A stretch of 64,000 bases of DNA from an uncultured Gammaproteobacteria bacterium (GTDB taxonomy: Bacteria; Pseudomonadota; Gammaproteobacteria; JACCXJ01): contig CAVXTM010000010.1 of assembly GCA_963764725.1 (NCBI GenBank), forward strand, positions 96,001 through 160,000. Reading direction: 5' to 3'. Positions 38,520 through 50,425 of the stretch are shown piece by piece. Positions within the stretch are counted from its first letter, which is position 1, and each line of letters begins with the position of its first letter. The position numbers were made by a program, and so were the translations under genes. Under the pieces are notes generated by a model. The model did not search any database and had not been told where the DNA came from. It saw only the letters and a program-made list of their open reading frames with translations.

Positions 38520-39041
38520 ATGCATCTCGCCTCTGTCAACGCGAAGCGGTTTATTGAAGGTTACTCCCTGGTCATGCTGGAGATCGCAGGGGGAGGATGG
38601 CGTCGCGCAAACGGGAGCATTCTCCCGTTCCTGGCGAAGGGTCGGGCGAAGTTCCTGAAGGATCCGACACTTCTCGACAAAGCGATCCATGCCCTTCAGC
38701 TGCGGTCAGCTGAACCGGACCCCGAAGTCCTTTCTGCACTGCGCGGACTTGATACGCGTCAGTGGATCTATCTTCGTGACACGAAGACGTATTCCATCTT
38801 TCTCGATCCATCCAAGGAACAGGCGTATGGTGTGCTGGGGCTCACGGAACGCATTCGAAACATCGTGGGTGGTTCCGGAGTCGTTCTCGAAACAGGCCTC
38901 GTGCACTATTGCGGCCGGATAGTGTGCGATGGCGTGGTTTCTCAAATGACGTGGCTCGGGTCGAGCTACAGGCAGAGCTTCAATGAGAAGCTCCGGATAC
39001 TGAAGGCGGGAGGGAGGTTCCATGCGAAAGTCGATGCCTAA
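38520..39041 (+). CDS. Hypothetical protein; cassette
   Basis: 173-aa ORF bounded by the reconstituted R' and by R'' GCCTAAC, which contains its stop. Confidence 0.75.
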   Translation: MHLASVNAKRFIEGYSLVMLEIAGGGWRRANGSILPFLAKGRAKFLKDPTLLDKAIHALQLRSAEPDPEVLSALRGLDTRQWIYLRDTKTYSIFLDPSKEQAYGVLGLTERIRNIVGGSGVVLETGLVHYCGRIVCDGVVSQMTWLGSSYRQSFNEKLRILKAGGRFHAKVDA

Positions 39042-39166
39042 CCCAGGGCTCGAGGAGCGCCGAACAGCGTCGCTGTTCGGTACCCTCGTCGCTCCGCTCC
39101 TCGACGCCCCCTCAGCCCTCATGTTTGAGCGGCGCGCACAATGTCATGCAATCGTAGGAGAGTTAT

Positions 39167-39835
39167 ATGAGGAAACTCATTGCGTCCACATTTACATCAC
39201 TGGACGGTGTCATGCAGGGACCAGGAGGACCGACCGAAGATCCAACCGGAAAGTTCACGTTAGGTGGTTGGTTGTTCGCTTTCGGGGACGCAGGGATGGA
39301 TCTTTCTGCGGCAGGTTTCGATGGTAAAGATCGAGAGCTTGTACTGGGTCGCAAAACCTACGAAATATTCGAGGCATATTGGCCTGACCAACCAGAGGAT
39401 GATCCGATTGCGAGGACGCTCAATGCGGCAAAAAAGCATGTGGCGTCCCGCACTTTGAAGTCATTGCAATGGAACAATTCGTCGGTACTTGGCGGTGACA
39501 TCGTTTCAGCCATAACCGCGCTCAAGGTTCAGCCCGGACACGACCTTCAAATCATTGGCAGCGGCAATCTGATTCAGACGCTACAAGCCGCATCGCTCAT
39601 TGACGAATACAACGTATGGACGTACCCGGTAGTTCTTGGCCGTGGAAAGCGATTGTTTGAAAATGGTGCAAGGCCATGTGCACTGCGACTCGTGGCTTCG
39701 AAGGTTTCAACAACTGGCGTTGTGATGAGCACCTATGTTCCAGCCGGAGATATTCCGCTTGGCTCGCTTAGCCAGGCCGAGCCAAGCGCGAAAGAATTGA
39801 CCCGGCGCGTCAAGATGGCTACAGATGCGACGTGA
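39167..39835 (+). CDS. Dihydrofolate reductase/RibD C-terminal family protein; cassette
   Basis: MRKLIASTFTSLDGVMQGPG, LGRKTYE, IGSGNL, LIDEY, PVVLGRGKRLF. Confidence 0.9.
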   Translation: MRKLIASTFTSLDGVMQGPGGPTEDPTGKFTLGGWLFAFGDAGMDLSAAGFDGKDRELVLGRKTYEIFEAYWPDQPEDDPIARTLNAAKKHVASRTLKSLQWNNSSVLGGDIVSAITALKVQPGHDLQIIGSGNLIQTLQAASLIDEYNVWTYPVVLGRGKRLFENGARPCALRLVASKVSTTGVVMSTYVPAGDIPLGSLSQAEPSAKELTRRVKMATDAT

Positions 39836-40025
39836 ATATGCTGTCTACAAACTGTGCGCGCTAACCAACGGAGCGCGCGTTGTCTCACGTCAAGTTGTCC
39901 GGCGCTACGCTCCGTTATGCGGCATCTGGCGCCTGCGCCCTGGTCCATCGTCGCGGAATGGCCGCTATCGGCAGCATCAGCGTTGGTAGGATGCCGGCGT
40001 AGCCTAGCCTGGCCTGGAAAATTTC

Positions 40026-40616
40026 ATGCACCCGCTTTCGATCTTCTTTCTCGGCATCGCGATGTCGACCGATGCTTTTGCCGCGGCCGTCGGCAAGGGC
40101 GCCGCCATGCACAAGCCGCGCTTTTCTGAGGCGCTGCGCGCGGGCGTTATTTTCGGCACCATCGAGGGTGTAACCCCCGTCATTGGATGGCTATTAGGTC
40201 TGGCAGCGGCAAAGCACATCAGCGCGTGGGACCACTGGATCGCCTTCACTCTGCTGGGCCTTCTCGGCCTGCACATGATCTATGCCGGCTTCAAACCAGA
40301 AAGCGACGGGGGCGCTACTGATACCGCCAAAGGCAGACATGGCTTCTGGAGCCTAGCCGCCACCGGCCTTGCCACCAGTATCGACGCGATGGCGGTAGGT
40401 GTCGGCCTCGCATTTCTCGACGTGAACATTGGCGTCGTTGCGGTGGTTATTGGCCTGACGACGCTCGTGATGGTGACACTCGGCATCATGCTCGGCCGCA
40501 TCCTAGGTAGTCTCACCGGAAAGCGTGCGGAGATCATCGGTGGCTTCCTGCTGATCGCGATCGGTGCCACGATTCTGTACGAGCACCTATCTGCTCAGAA
40601 TCGGAGTGTGCTTTGA
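40026..40616 (+). CDS. mntP: Manganese efflux pump MntP, copy 2; cassette
   Basis: Protein identical to 33972-34562. Confidence 0.93.
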   Translation: MHPLSIFFLGIAMSTDAFAAAVGKGAAMHKPRFSEALRAGVIFGTIEGVTPVIGWLLGLAAAKHISAWDHWIAFTLLGLLGLHMIYAGFKPESDGGATDTAKGRHGFWSLAATGLATSIDAMAVGVGLAFLDVNIGVVAVVIGLTTLVMVTLGIMLGRILGSLTGKRAEIIGGFLLIAIGATILYEHLSAQNRSVL

Positions 40617-40966
40617 GTTGGAAGCGGGCTAACAGAAGCTATGCAGATGCCGCATAACCAGTAAGGATTGAGACGACCATGGATGGTCGTTTCAATCCAA
40701 TGTTCAAGAAGCCCGGTGTTGGGTGGGTTCTTTATTAAGGGGATTGCTTCGGTGAAGGGTGGGTGATGTGGTGGCTATGGGAATCGGGAGCTGGAGATAG
40801 CCGCAGTAGAGGGCGATCGGATCTGGGTGTTGGGTATCGTAATCGGATTTAGGGACCTGTTAATAATGCCTTTCAGGGTGCGAATTAGGGGTCGCAGGCA
40901 AAGGGAGGCCGTGACCCGAAGAAAACACTGGGCGGTGCGGCGCGAGCGTTTGCAAGTTGCTATGGG

Positions 40967-42136
40967 CTACACATGGGCTGGGGATCGTGTCGAGCCGGGT
41001 GGTCTGAGGTTTGTGGGCATCCATGGGCGGCGGATGCGCCGTGAGCTATGGAAGCGGAGTCGTCCCCCGCAGGCCTGGCAGGTCGGTTGTGGCCGGGGTG
41101 GCAGTTCGACCTCCGGTACGGTCACGGTGAAGCCAAAGGCCAATTCGACTTTGGCCTTGAGATCTGCGATGGGCACCTTGGCGGTGGGCGACAGCAAGCC
41201 ATAGTAGCGGTCTGACTGGCGCGCCAAGCAGGGCCAATCCCTGGCCCTGGCTCTCATGAACCCGGTAGGCAAGACGTGCTGGAGGAAACGGCGGATGAAC
41301 TCCAAGGCGTCGAGGATCACGGTCCGCAACCGAGCGCTGCCGGTTTTTTTGTAGGAGAAGGAGACCCGTCCGTCCTCGACCTTGAGGATGCGGTGATCCG
41401 AGATAGCCACCTTGAAGACGTAGGGAGCGAGATAGGCGATCGAAGCCTCGGCACGGGGTACGGCCTGGCAGTTGACGTTCCAGTCCTGCAGCCAGGTCTC
41501 CGAGGGGATCTGATCGAGCAGTCCGGCGGTGTGCATGAGATCGCGGAACTTGCCGCGGAACAGCCGTGAGAGGGCTTTCACGGGCAAGAAGAAGGCGAGG
41601 CTTGAAGCATGCCAGGCGCCATCCTCAGCGGAAAGCGCCCCGCCCGGCACGACGTAATGGATGTGTGGGTGATACTGCAGTTGCCGGCCCCAGGTGTGAA
41701 GCACGCCGAAGAAACCGGCTTGGTCGGCGTTGAGGAAGCGCGGATCGCGCACCAGCGTCTTGATGGCTTGAGAGGATGCCTGGAACAGTGCATCGTAGCC
41801 CAGTTGCTGGTGGCTACGCAGAAACGCGCGCAGGGGCTCGGGAACGGTGAAGGTGAGCATAAAGTGGTGGCCTGGCAGCTGGCGTTGGAGCTGTCGCTCG
41901 AGCCACTGCTGGGACTTGCGGTGTTGGCAGCCGGGGCAATGACGATTGCCGCAGGCGGCCGGAACGAGATGGTGATGGCCGCAGTCATCGCACTGATAGC
42001 AGACTGAGCCATAGGTCTCGGTGCGGCATTGACAGATGGCCTCGATGGTCTTTTTGTGCTCTCTGGGCATGGATTGTTCGTAGTGCTGGAGATATCCAGG
42101 GCCGTAGGTGCGGAAGATGTCATTGATGATGCCCAT
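40967..42136 (-). CDS. IS91-family (Y2 HUH) transposase, copy 2
   Basis: Near-identical to 34913-36088. Confidence 0.92.
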   Translation of the reverse strand: MGIINDIFRTYGPGYLQHYEQSMPREHKKTIEAICQCRTETYGSVCYQCDDCGHHHLVPAACGNRHCPGCQHRKSQQWLERQLQRQLPGHHFMLTFTVPEPLRAFLRSHQQLGYDALFQASSQAIKTLVRDPRFLNADQAGFFGVLHTWGRQLQYHPHIHYVVPGGALSAEDGAWHASSLAFFLPVKALSRLFRGKFRDLMHTAGLLDQIPSETWLQDWNVNCQAVPRAEASIAYLAPYVFKVAISDHRILKVEDGRVSFSYKKTGSARLRTVILDALEFIRRFLQHVLPTGFMRARARDWPCLARQSDRYYGLLSPTAKVPIADLKAKVELAFGFTVTVPEVELPPRPQPTCQACGGRLRFHSSRRIRRPWMPTNLRPPGSTRSPAHV

Positions 42137-42137
42137 C

Positions 42138-43010
42138 TCAGAGTCCCTCCATCACCTGGTTGATGAGGGCCGAGGCGTTTTCCTGACCGGTCTGGGTCAG
42201 GTGCAGGTAGATCATGGTGGTTTCAAGACTGCTGTGGCCGAGGTAACGTTGGATGGTGCGGATATTGACGCCCGCTTCCAGGAGGTGTGTGGCATAGGAG
42301 TGCCTGAGAGAATGCACGCAGGCTTCTCGGGCTCGGATCTGGGCTGCGAACTTGGCGCGCCGGAAGGCGCCCTGCACCGAGCTTTTAGCCATGGGATGGT
42401 CAGCCGAGCGTGCGGACTTCGCATTACGCCCCATCGCCGGAAAGAGAAGTCTCGGGTTGCGGTGTGAAGCCCAGTGTTTGCGCAGGATGAGGAGGGTTGC
42501 TTGGGGCAGCGGGAGGAGGCGATCCTTGGAGCCTTTCCCGCGGTGGATGTGCAACATCATGCGCTGGCTATCAATATCCCCCACCTCCAGATGCTGGGCT
42601 TCCTGCAAGCGCAGACCGCAAGCATAGACGGTGGCGAGGAAGGCGTAGTTATGCGGGGTGCGTACGCAGCCCAGGAGTCGGCGGACTTCTTCACGGCTGA
42701 GCACCGTGGGCAACTGTTGCTCGCGTTGAGCATGGATAAGCTTGAGCGTGTGCCAGTCGCGATGCAGGACATGCTCGAAGAAAAACCGCAGCCCGCTGTA
42801 GCAGATCCGCAAGGTCGCGGGTGACCAACGATCGACGTTACGCCGGTGGAGAAAATAGCGCTGCAGATCGTCCTCGGTGATCTGATCCGGGGTTTTATGG
42901 TAGAACTCAACAAGCATGCGCACGGCGCGGGTGTAAGCTTCTTGGGTGCGTTCGCCTTTACCGTTGAGCTGGAGGGCTTGAATGGATTTCTCGTACCAAT
43001 CTTTCATCAT
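42138..43010 (-). CDS. Tyrosine recombinase, copy 2
   Basis: Identical to copy 1 apart from two N-terminal residues. Confidence 0.93.
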   Translation of the reverse strand: MMKDWYEKSIQALQLNGKGERTQEAYTRAVRMLVEFYHKTPDQITEDDLQRYFLHRRNVDRWSPATLRICYSGLRFFFEHVLHRDWHTLKLIHAQREQQLPTVLSREEVRRLLGCVRTPHNYAFLATVYACGLRLQEAQHLEVGDIDSQRMMLHIHRGKGSKDRLLPLPQATLLILRKHWASHRNPRLLFPAMGRNAKSARSADHPMAKSSVQGAFRRAKFAAQIRAREACVHSLRHSYATHLLEAGVNIRTIQRYLGHSSLETTMIYLHLTQTGQENASALINQVMEGL

Positions 43011-43258
43011 GGAAGGTCTCCTGTCGTAAAGGGAATAGAAGTCCGGGAAGCTCCACGGACTACGACAGAAGAACAGAGTTGACCTGAAGGCTAAAGGCCG
43101 GCGACCGATGGGTATGAGACAAACCGAACTACGGCAACCAGGATCGGCAAATCGAATCTGCCGCGTAGCGGCTTACTTGAACATCCGCATGCACCTGACC
43201 GGATACAGCGCGCTTCGCCCGCTTTCGCCGGCAGGTGATGCGGGGCGTTAGACCGCAT

Positions 43259-43765
43259 ATGACACGGCCGCCGACCTTGTCAACGTCAAGCCAGGCTGTT
43301 GGCCTTCTCGTCTGGCTGTTGGTGGCGTTTGCAGCCGCTGCCGTCGGCGGGTTCGCGTCGGCAAGCGCAAGCGAGTTCTACCGCGATCTTGTCCGCCCAT
43401 CGTGGGCGCCGCCAGATTGGCTGTTTGGCCCAGTCTGGTCGGTTCTATACGCGCTCATGGGCGTCGCTGCATGGTTGGTCTGGCGAGCGCGCGGGTTCGG
43501 TGGCGCTCGAAACGCGCTGCTCGTCTTCGTCGTCCAGTTAGCTGCCAATGCTCTATGGACCTGGTTGTTCTTTGTGTGGCGCCAAGGTGGGTTGGCCTTT
43601 GCAGAGATACTCCTACTTTCGGCTCTCATCCTCGCAACCATTTTCTTGTTCTGGCGGGTAAGTAGGCTTGCGGCGGTGTTGCTCTTCCCCTATCTCTTGT
43701 GGGTTTTGTTCGCGTCAGCGCTTACGCTCTCCACATGGCGGCTTAACCCGAGGCTACTGGGGTGA
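43259..43765 (+). CDS. tspO: TspO/MBR tryptophan-rich sensory protein; last cassette
   Basis: LVRPSWAPPDWLFGPVWSVLYALMG, QLAANALWTWLFF, LLFPYLLWVLFA. Confidence 0.92.
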   Translation: MTRPPTLSTSSQAVGLLVWLLVAFAAAAVGGFASASASEFYRDLVRPSWAPPDWLFGPVWSVLYALMGVAAWLVWRARGFGGARNALLVFVVQLAANALWTWLFFVWRQGGLAFAEILLLSALILATIFLFWRVSRLAAVLLFPYLLWVLFASALTLSTWRLNPRLLG

Positions 43766-43776
43766 GTTCCGAGCGT

Positions 43777-44030
43777 GAGCGGTCGGGGAGATAGGTAACA
43801 GAAAAGTCCGGAGACATGGGTTACACATTATGTCGTGAAAGCCGTCCGAAGGATCCTCGATGCGCATGTGTCTTTCGAGTAGGCGTCCGAGTTTGAGCGG
43901 TCCGAAATACACGTTCCAGACGCCCTCATCAATCTCTTCGAGGCCTACGTATTCTCCGGCGCAGGTAATGGAAACATTGACCCACTGGTGATTCCAGCGG
44001 ATACCGCCATTGTGGCTGACGTAGCGGAGC
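43777..44030 (-). mobile_element. IS481-like remnant (transposase C-terminus + end)
   Basis: Minus strand RYVSHNGGIRW...GEYVGLEEIDEGVWNVYFG and a terminal TGTAACCCATGTCTCCGGAC...TGTTACCTATCTCCCCGACCGCTCA repeat array typical of IS481 ends. Confidence 0.65.
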
Positions 44031-44034
44031 TGCT

Positions 44035-44105
44035 GCGCCTTTCAAGAAGTCTCCTTCCCAGTGGCCCGGCACGAGGCGCTCGGTCACCTCTGGGGGGCCA
44101 CTGCC
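44035..44105 (-). pseudogene. IS30-family transposase fragment
   Basis: PPEVTERLVPGHWEGDFLKG matches the IS30 GHWEGD motif. Confidence 0.6.
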
Positions 44106-44232
44106 GGTAATGCTCTCCCATGCAACACCTCCTTCTCTCAAATACAGCATTGTGTTGCACTTGATATTAGACCCATAATATTGTGGTCTGTCCCCTATTT
44201 CCCAACCTATTTCCCCAAGTACGGGCGTTTTT

Positions 44233-47200
44233 GTGGACCTGAAGCGGTTCGTTCAGCGGGTCAGGAATCCCTGGGTGCTTGGTATTGCCGCCGCGCTGCT
44301 CTTATACGCTCTCGCCGGGTTTTTGCTCATCCCCTATCTGGTGCGGCATTATGTTCCGAAGCTCGCTGCCGAGCAGCTCCGCTGTCAGGCCGCTGTCGCC
44401 GAAGTACGGTTTAACCCCTTCCTATTTGAGTTCGAGGCGAAGGACTTTTCTTTCAAAGACGCGGCCGGGGAAGCTATATTTGGTTTTCAGCGCCTGTTCG
44501 TCGATTTCGAGGTGGAAAGCCTGTTCCGCTGGGCATGGACGTTTGCAGATATACGGCTTGAGGGTTGGTCTGCTGATTTGGTGATCGATCGGGAAGGCCG
44601 GCTGAACCTGGCCAAAGTCGCCGCTCGGCTTCCGGAGTCCGACGAGGAATCGAAACCCGATGACAAGCCGCCACGGCTCTTGCTGAAGCACATCGTACTC
44701 ACAGGTGGCTCGGTGAAATTCACGGATCGCTTGAAGTCTTCTCCGGTCGCGGAAACGGTTAGTCCGATCGACCTGGAGTTCGACGCAATCTCGACGCTTC
44801 CTGAGCACCGCGGGTCCCATGTAGTCAGCGCCAAACTGGCGAACGGCGGGGTAGTGGAATGGAAGGGCCATGTCTCCTTGAACCCAATCCGTTCGGAAGG
44901 TGAAGTGCGACTCGAGGGCTTCAAACTAGCGACGCCTTGGAACTTCGTCCGTGACCAGTTGAACCTGGCCAAACCCTCAGGGGATGTGGGCGCAACAGCC
45001 CGTTACCGCTTCCGATATGACCAAGCCAAAGCCGACCTGGCCGTGAACGATGTGGGCGTCAAATTGACGGGATTGCGGCTGTCTACCCCTTCTGCTCCGG
45101 AGCCGATCCTGGTCCTCGACACCATGGAGATCGCGGGGGCTCGCTTTGACCTTGCGAGCCGGGAATTGACTGTGCCGGCATTCAACGTGCTCAAGGGGCA
45201 TGTTGCCGTGTCTGTCGGCGAGAAGGGCGTCGCTAATTGGGAGACCTTGGTGAAGCCGGGAGCTACCACCGATGCGCCGCGGCCTGCTTCGCCCGCGACT
45301 TCGGCCGGTGCGCCCGAAGCGCCTTGGCGGGTTAAGCTCGAAGCATTCAAAGTAGCGGACATCGGGATCACTTATGCAGATGCCAGTCACGCTTTACCCT
45401 CCGTGATCTCCGTCGGGGCTTTCAAGCTGGGGCTGGGCGCGGAAGCGGAAACCGGCGCCGCTGCACCGAAGGCGCGGATCCGGGACTTGACTGTCAGTCT
45501 GGAGCGCATTGCCGTTGCCGAAGGAGATAAGAGCGATTCGCTTGCGACCTTGGATTCCATTGAGGTCGAGGGCGGACATCTGGATCTCGAGAAACGGGAA
45601 GCCACCATCCAACAGGTGGCCCTACAGGGAGGGGGCGCCAAGGTAGCCCGAGATGCGAATCAATCAATCCGTTTACTTGAATTATTCGGGCCTCGGGACC
45701 GCGAAAATGTCCATCCGGAGATCGATGTCACCGAAACGCAGAACAAGGACGGCGGCAAGCCGTGGCGCTTCGCGCTCAAGGCGTTCGACCTCCAGGAGTT
45801 TCGCATGGCGCTTATCGACCAAAGCGTATCGCCCGAGCTTGCGTACGACATAGAGGACATGAAAGTCGCGCTCACGGACATCACCAATGACGGCCAGACA
45901 CCCATCGGGTTCGATGCGCGGCTCAAGATCAAACAAGGCGGTGCGTTGAGCACGACGGGACAACTGTCACAAAAGGCTGATCGCGCGGAGGCGCAGGTCA
46001 AGATCGAGGGAGTGAACCTGACGCCGCTGAAGCCGTTGGTGGCACAGGTCGCGGCGCTTACACTCGAGAGCGCCGCCGTCTCCGCCAATATGCGGGTCGA
46101 TTATAGCCAAGCCAAAACGGGTCTCTCACTCAAGGCGGCGGGTGCGTTTAGCCTCGATGAACTGCTCCTAAAACTATCCAAGAGCGGCGAGCCCTTCCTG
46201 TCCTGGAAGGCGCTGTCTGCCGATGGCTTCGACTTCAGCCTCGGCCCCGACAAGATCTCCATCAAGGAAGTGCGACTCGTCGAACCGGGCACGAACATCG
46301 TGATCTTCAAGGATCAAACAGTTAACCTCGCCGCTGCCTTCCAACGCGCGCCATCTTCCAGGCCGCCGGCAAAGACGGAAAGGCCGAAGAGTGATCGCGC
46401 CAATCCGATTCCAGTGACCGTGGAGCGTGTCCGGATCGAGCGGGCGGACGTCGACTTCGCCGACTTGAGTCTGGCCCTTCCGTTCGCCGCCCGCATCCAC
46501 GAATTATCCGGCGCGGTGACCGGCATCTCCTCGGCTCCTAGCAACCGAACCAGGCTAAAGGTTGAGGGCCGTGTAGACGAATACGGCCAGGTCAACGTGG
46601 AGGGGTCGTTAAGCCCGTTGCAGCCTACGGCGTTTAGCGATGTTAAAGTGATATTCCGCAACGTTGCGATGTCACCGCTTTCGCCCTACAGCGGCACTTT
46701 TGCCGGGCGTAGGATCCAATCCGGAAAGCTGAACCTGGATCTGGAATACAAAGTTGAGGATCGCAGGTTGAAGAGCAACAACACCATCATCCTCGATCAA
46801 TTTACCTTGGGTGAGCAGGTCGAGAGTAAGAAAGCGGTGAGCTTGCCCCTCGACCTTGCGATCGCGCTGCTCACCGACAGCGAGGGCAAGATCAACGCGT
46901 CCGTGCCCATCACAGGCGACGTGGACCATCCTGAATTCAGCGTTGGGCACTTGGTCTGGGAGGCGATCGTCAACTTCATCACCACGGCCGTCACCGCGCC
47001 TTTCAAGGCACTCGGCGCCATCGTCGGGGGGAGGAGGGCCTCGACGCGATCCTGTTTCCGCCGGGTATCGATACCATCCCGCCGCCCGAGCGCGAAAAGC
47101 TCGCAAAAGTGGCATTGACCAAGCGGCCAATGATCGCGCTAACGGTACGCGGGGCGTACAACCCCGCGGCCGATGGCGCAGCGCTCAGGTCATTGCAGGT

Positions 47201-47663
47201 GCGGCGCGCGCTGGCGCAAGAACTCGATGTTGACTTGCAACCGGAAGAGGACCCGGGTCCGGTGGCCGTTGACAACCCCGAGACGCAACGCGCGCTGGAG
47301 GCGTTGTCCGACGAACGCCACGGCGAAGACGCCATCGAGAAGTTTGAGGCGAGTTACGAAAAATCTCAAGGCAAGAAGCCAAAAAGAGTCAGCGCAATCT
47401 TGTCACTGATGGGCCGGGCTAGCGAGGACGTCGATTTCTACGAAAAATTATTCCAGCACCTTATCGGAAAGGCCCCGTTGGCAACCGCCGACCTTGAAGC
47501 TTTGGCCGTACGGCGTGCTACGGCGGTTACCAAGGAACTGACGAGTCAGGCAGGATTCGATCCATCTCGTGCCACCGCCGGGGAAATCGAGCAGGTCCAA
47601 GATACCCAGGCGGACAGCGTCCCGACCAAACTCGAGCTTGGGGCGCTTGAACACAGGCATTAA
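44233..47663 (+). CDS. DUF748-domain (AsmA-like) protein, frameshifted at about 47030
   Basis: N-terminal TM, FNPF, repeated beta-rich units, [24 protein letters not shown]; continues in ORF 47109-47663 after a G run. Confidence 0.85.
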
Positions 47664-47810
47664 AGGAACGGGGCGCCGGATCATCGATATTAGCTTTCCG
47701 GAAATCGAAAAATTCGACCGCCTGCCCGAGGTGCGGGCGCAGGGCCCGATTAAAATGGAGGGCGGCAATCGGCAAGATGGGAGCGTCAAGGGCGCCGGCG
47801 CGTCTTCGCG

Positions 47811-48290
47811 TCACTCCACGAGCGGGATCTCAGAAGCCAACTCGAAGCGCTCGCCCGCACGAATCTTGCCTTCGATCTGGAGATAGCGCGCCACCTTCTT
47901 GCCCGGCAGCACTCTCGCCAACTTCTCGGCGTACGTCTTGCGGAGCTTGGCCTCGGATTCCTCGACGGCAATCGCTTCGTTGATGATTTTCTTGGCCTGC
48001 TCGTCCGTCAGCGTGTTGTTGTTATAGGCATTGGCGTACTCATCGATCGCCTCGCCCAGCCGCTCGTTGATCTGCTGCAGATCCTTCTGGTAGGCTTCGT
48101 AAATCGGCCAGAACACTTTGGCCTCGCTGTCTGTGAGCAGCATGTTCTGCGCCACCAACAGCCGTTTGTCGGCTTTGACCTTGTCCCCCAAGATCTGCAT
48201 GTTGGTGTCGCTAGCGGGGCTGTCTTGGGCCCCGGCGAACGTGGTCAGCAGCGCCGTTGCGCACAATACCGAGCAGATGAGTGTCTTCAT
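47811..48290 (-). CDS. Secreted helical hypothetical protein
   Basis: Signal peptide; [16 protein letters not shown] motif. Confidence 0.75.
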   Translation of the reverse strand: MKTLICSVLCATALLTTFAGAQDSPASDTNMQILGDKVKADKRLLVAQNMLLTDSEAKVFWPIYEAYQKDLQQINERLGEAIDEYANAYNNNTLTDEQAKKIINEAIAVEESEAKLRKTYAEKLARVLPGKKVARYLQIEGKIRAGERFELASEIPLVE

Positions 48291-48372
48291 GCGATCCCCC
48301 TTTCGTACGCTAACCTTTGCAACCGTTTTGGAGACGCGCTACGCACCCCAGCAGCTATATCGTGTCTCCGTC

Positions 48373-49364
48373 CTAGAAATCGCCCAGATAGATGCGAATA
48401 CCGAAGGAAAAGAGAGCCGAGTCAAGATTGCCCTGCAACTCGGGGCCACCGTCGATCTGAAGCGTCTGGCCGCGCAAGAAGAGGTATCGCGCCTCGAGGT
48501 TGAAGGCGATGTTACTTGTGACAAAGTACTCGATACCGCCACCCAGCGACGCCGCAATGCCAAGGTCATTCCCGTCCAGCACCAGATCCATCCCCGCAGG
48601 CTTGCCGTCGTTGCGCTCACTGATGCCGATACCCAGTCCGGCAAGCGCGTAAGGGACCACACGTCCGTCCAGTAGCGGGTGCCGCATCCGAAATTGTGGG
48701 AGGACGGTATAGATTGCCTGTTCAGTAATGTCGCCAAGACCGGGACGATGGAGCACCAGCTCAAACGTCTCGAAAGAGATCTCGGCGCCGAAGTTTCGTC
48801 CGAAGTTCATACCCACCGCGAGGCCGAAAAGCTGGTCCAGGGTGTCAAAATACGCTGGCGGCTCCGCGGCGGCTTCGATACCGGAAAAGACCTCATCGTT
48901 CACTGGTAAGGCTCCGCCGGCACGGCGCCGATTGAAGCAACGGGGGTGCTGGACTCCGTGTCTATCGTCACGCCGGACGCCGAAGACACCTGATCGTTGA
49001 ACTGTGTGAATCCGATGCCGCCGCCCACGAGCAGGTAAGGGACGAGCCGGTCACGTAGCAGCGGATAGCGCAGCCGAACCTGCGGCACGATGCTCCAAAC
49101 GCTGTATTCTCCAATCTTGCCAAAGCCGGCAGGTTCGACGAATAGTTCATAGGAATCAACGGCTACCTCAATACCCACGTATCTGTTCAGGTTGGCGCCG
49201 AGCCCTATGCCCCAGGCGTCATGCACACCCGTCAGCGGATTGGTGTCCTGCATTCTGAGATTCAGGTAATAGCGGAGGCTATCGCTGTCCTCGCAGCGGG
49301 CGGGGGACCCCCGGGGATCAACCCGATTGCAATCGCCGAGCACAGAATGGTCATTCGTGTCATG
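48373..49364 (-). pseudogene. Outer-membrane beta-barrel (OmpW/OmpA-like) protein with tandem repeats, disrupted
   Basis: Two similar blocks (PQVRLRYPLLRDRLVPYLLVGGG; PQFRMRHPLLDGRVVPYALAGLG) in different frames; C-terminal GIRIYLGDF. Confidence 0.65.
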
Positions 49365-49589
49365 AAGCTATCTTTCCTTCATGGCAAGCTCATCAGTCGG
49401 CGCTTGCTGAAGACTGCAAGAGACACCCTTCGCGGGTGCTCGTGCACCCGCACTCCGTGAATGAATTTCACGTCCTTTGCGACAGCAGCGCTTTGCCGGT
49501 CGGGTCGAGGGGAGTAAGAATTTTAAAAGAGCCTTTTTTTCGGGAGCAAAGATACGACTGAAGCGTCTAGCTGTCAAATACGCATGATC

Positions 49590-49930
49590 GCCGCGGTCCG
49601 GAATCGGGGAATTAGGCTTCGAAAATCCGCTCCCGTCTCCGGCGAGGTCCCAGGTCCACGACCCAAGCTCGGCCGCGCTGGTCGCCAACTCCATGCGTTG
49701 CTCGCTCTCGCGCAGCCGGGCCCGCGGGCCCGCAACTCTTGGGTGAGCTGCGCGTACCCCCAACGTCGCGGGTCAACTCATAGCTCATGGCGATCACGAC
49801 GATAAGGAAACCCAGGCTGATCATATAGGGCATTCGCAGCATGCCCGTATCTACCAACACCGCCTGAACGGTGGCCGCACGAGGAAGGTAATACTGCCGC
49901 CGATCACCCACGGCGCCGACCGCCCTGCCG
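49590..49930 (-). pseudogene. Sensor kinase fragments (TM + PAS start)
   Basis: TM segment followed in another frame by LRESEQRMELATSAAELGSWTWDL. Confidence 0.5.
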
Positions 49931-50425
49931 CCAGAGCGTGCGGGAGGGTCGGAGGAAACCAATCCCGACATTGGGGAGCAGATTCCACGGGCTGTACACG
50001 CCTCGTGCGACGGAGAACGCCTCTCACCAGGATGTCTGCTCCGTTATTAGGCCGGTCATCTCCGTATAGACTGTGCTGTGCAGCGAACGAATATTGAGGA
50101 GTAGCGTCAGCGTCGGCGGCCCGAGCGCGGTCAGTGAAAGCAGATACGCCCTTTGGCGCGTTTGCTAGAACCAGATGGCGAGGTACATACATCCGGCAAG
50201 GATGCTAGCGGGTGCAGCGCGACGGCGATATTGGACTTTGGCCCAATGCCGCAATGCAGCAATGCGGTAATGAATAGCTGCGCGGCGAGGGAGAGCAACG
50301 CAGGTCCAAGATACCCAGACGGACAGCGTCCTGACGAAACTCGAGCTCGGGGCGCTTGAACGCATGGAAATACCGCGGCATTAGGTGTAGTTTAAATATA
50401 GAGATTGGGCGCTTCTGAGGGGTAC

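Larger units (their letters stand above)
40659..43182 (-). mobile_element. Tyrosine recombinase + IS91-type HUH element, copy 2, inserted in attC
   Basis: Same junctions as copy 1 (GCATAAC|CAGT ... CTTGAAC|ATCCGC). Confidence 0.85.
31404..43765 (+). mobile_element. Integron cassette array (about 11 cassettes)
   Basis: attC sites at 31510-31608, 32327-32455, 32963-33011, 33796-33866, 34598/37134-37205, 37306-37379, 37920-37984/38507, 39036-39129, 39863-39920 and 40652/43183-43253. Most R'' boxes complement the R' box that starts the same cassette (GTTAGTT/AACTAAC, GTTAGGT/ACCTAAC, GTTGGGC/GCCCAAC, GTTGGGG/CCCCAAC, GTTATGC/GCATAAC). Confidence 0.9.

Noticed and set aside
39167-39835. dfr trimethoprim-resistance cassette
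   Set aside because: The sequence fits the RibD-C/DHFR-like family (SLDGVMQGPG), not DfrA/DfrB.
31404-43253. Recurrent short repeats as a CRISPR array
   Set aside because: Spacing is gene-sized and irregular, the repeats have attC R''/R' structure, and no cas genes are present.
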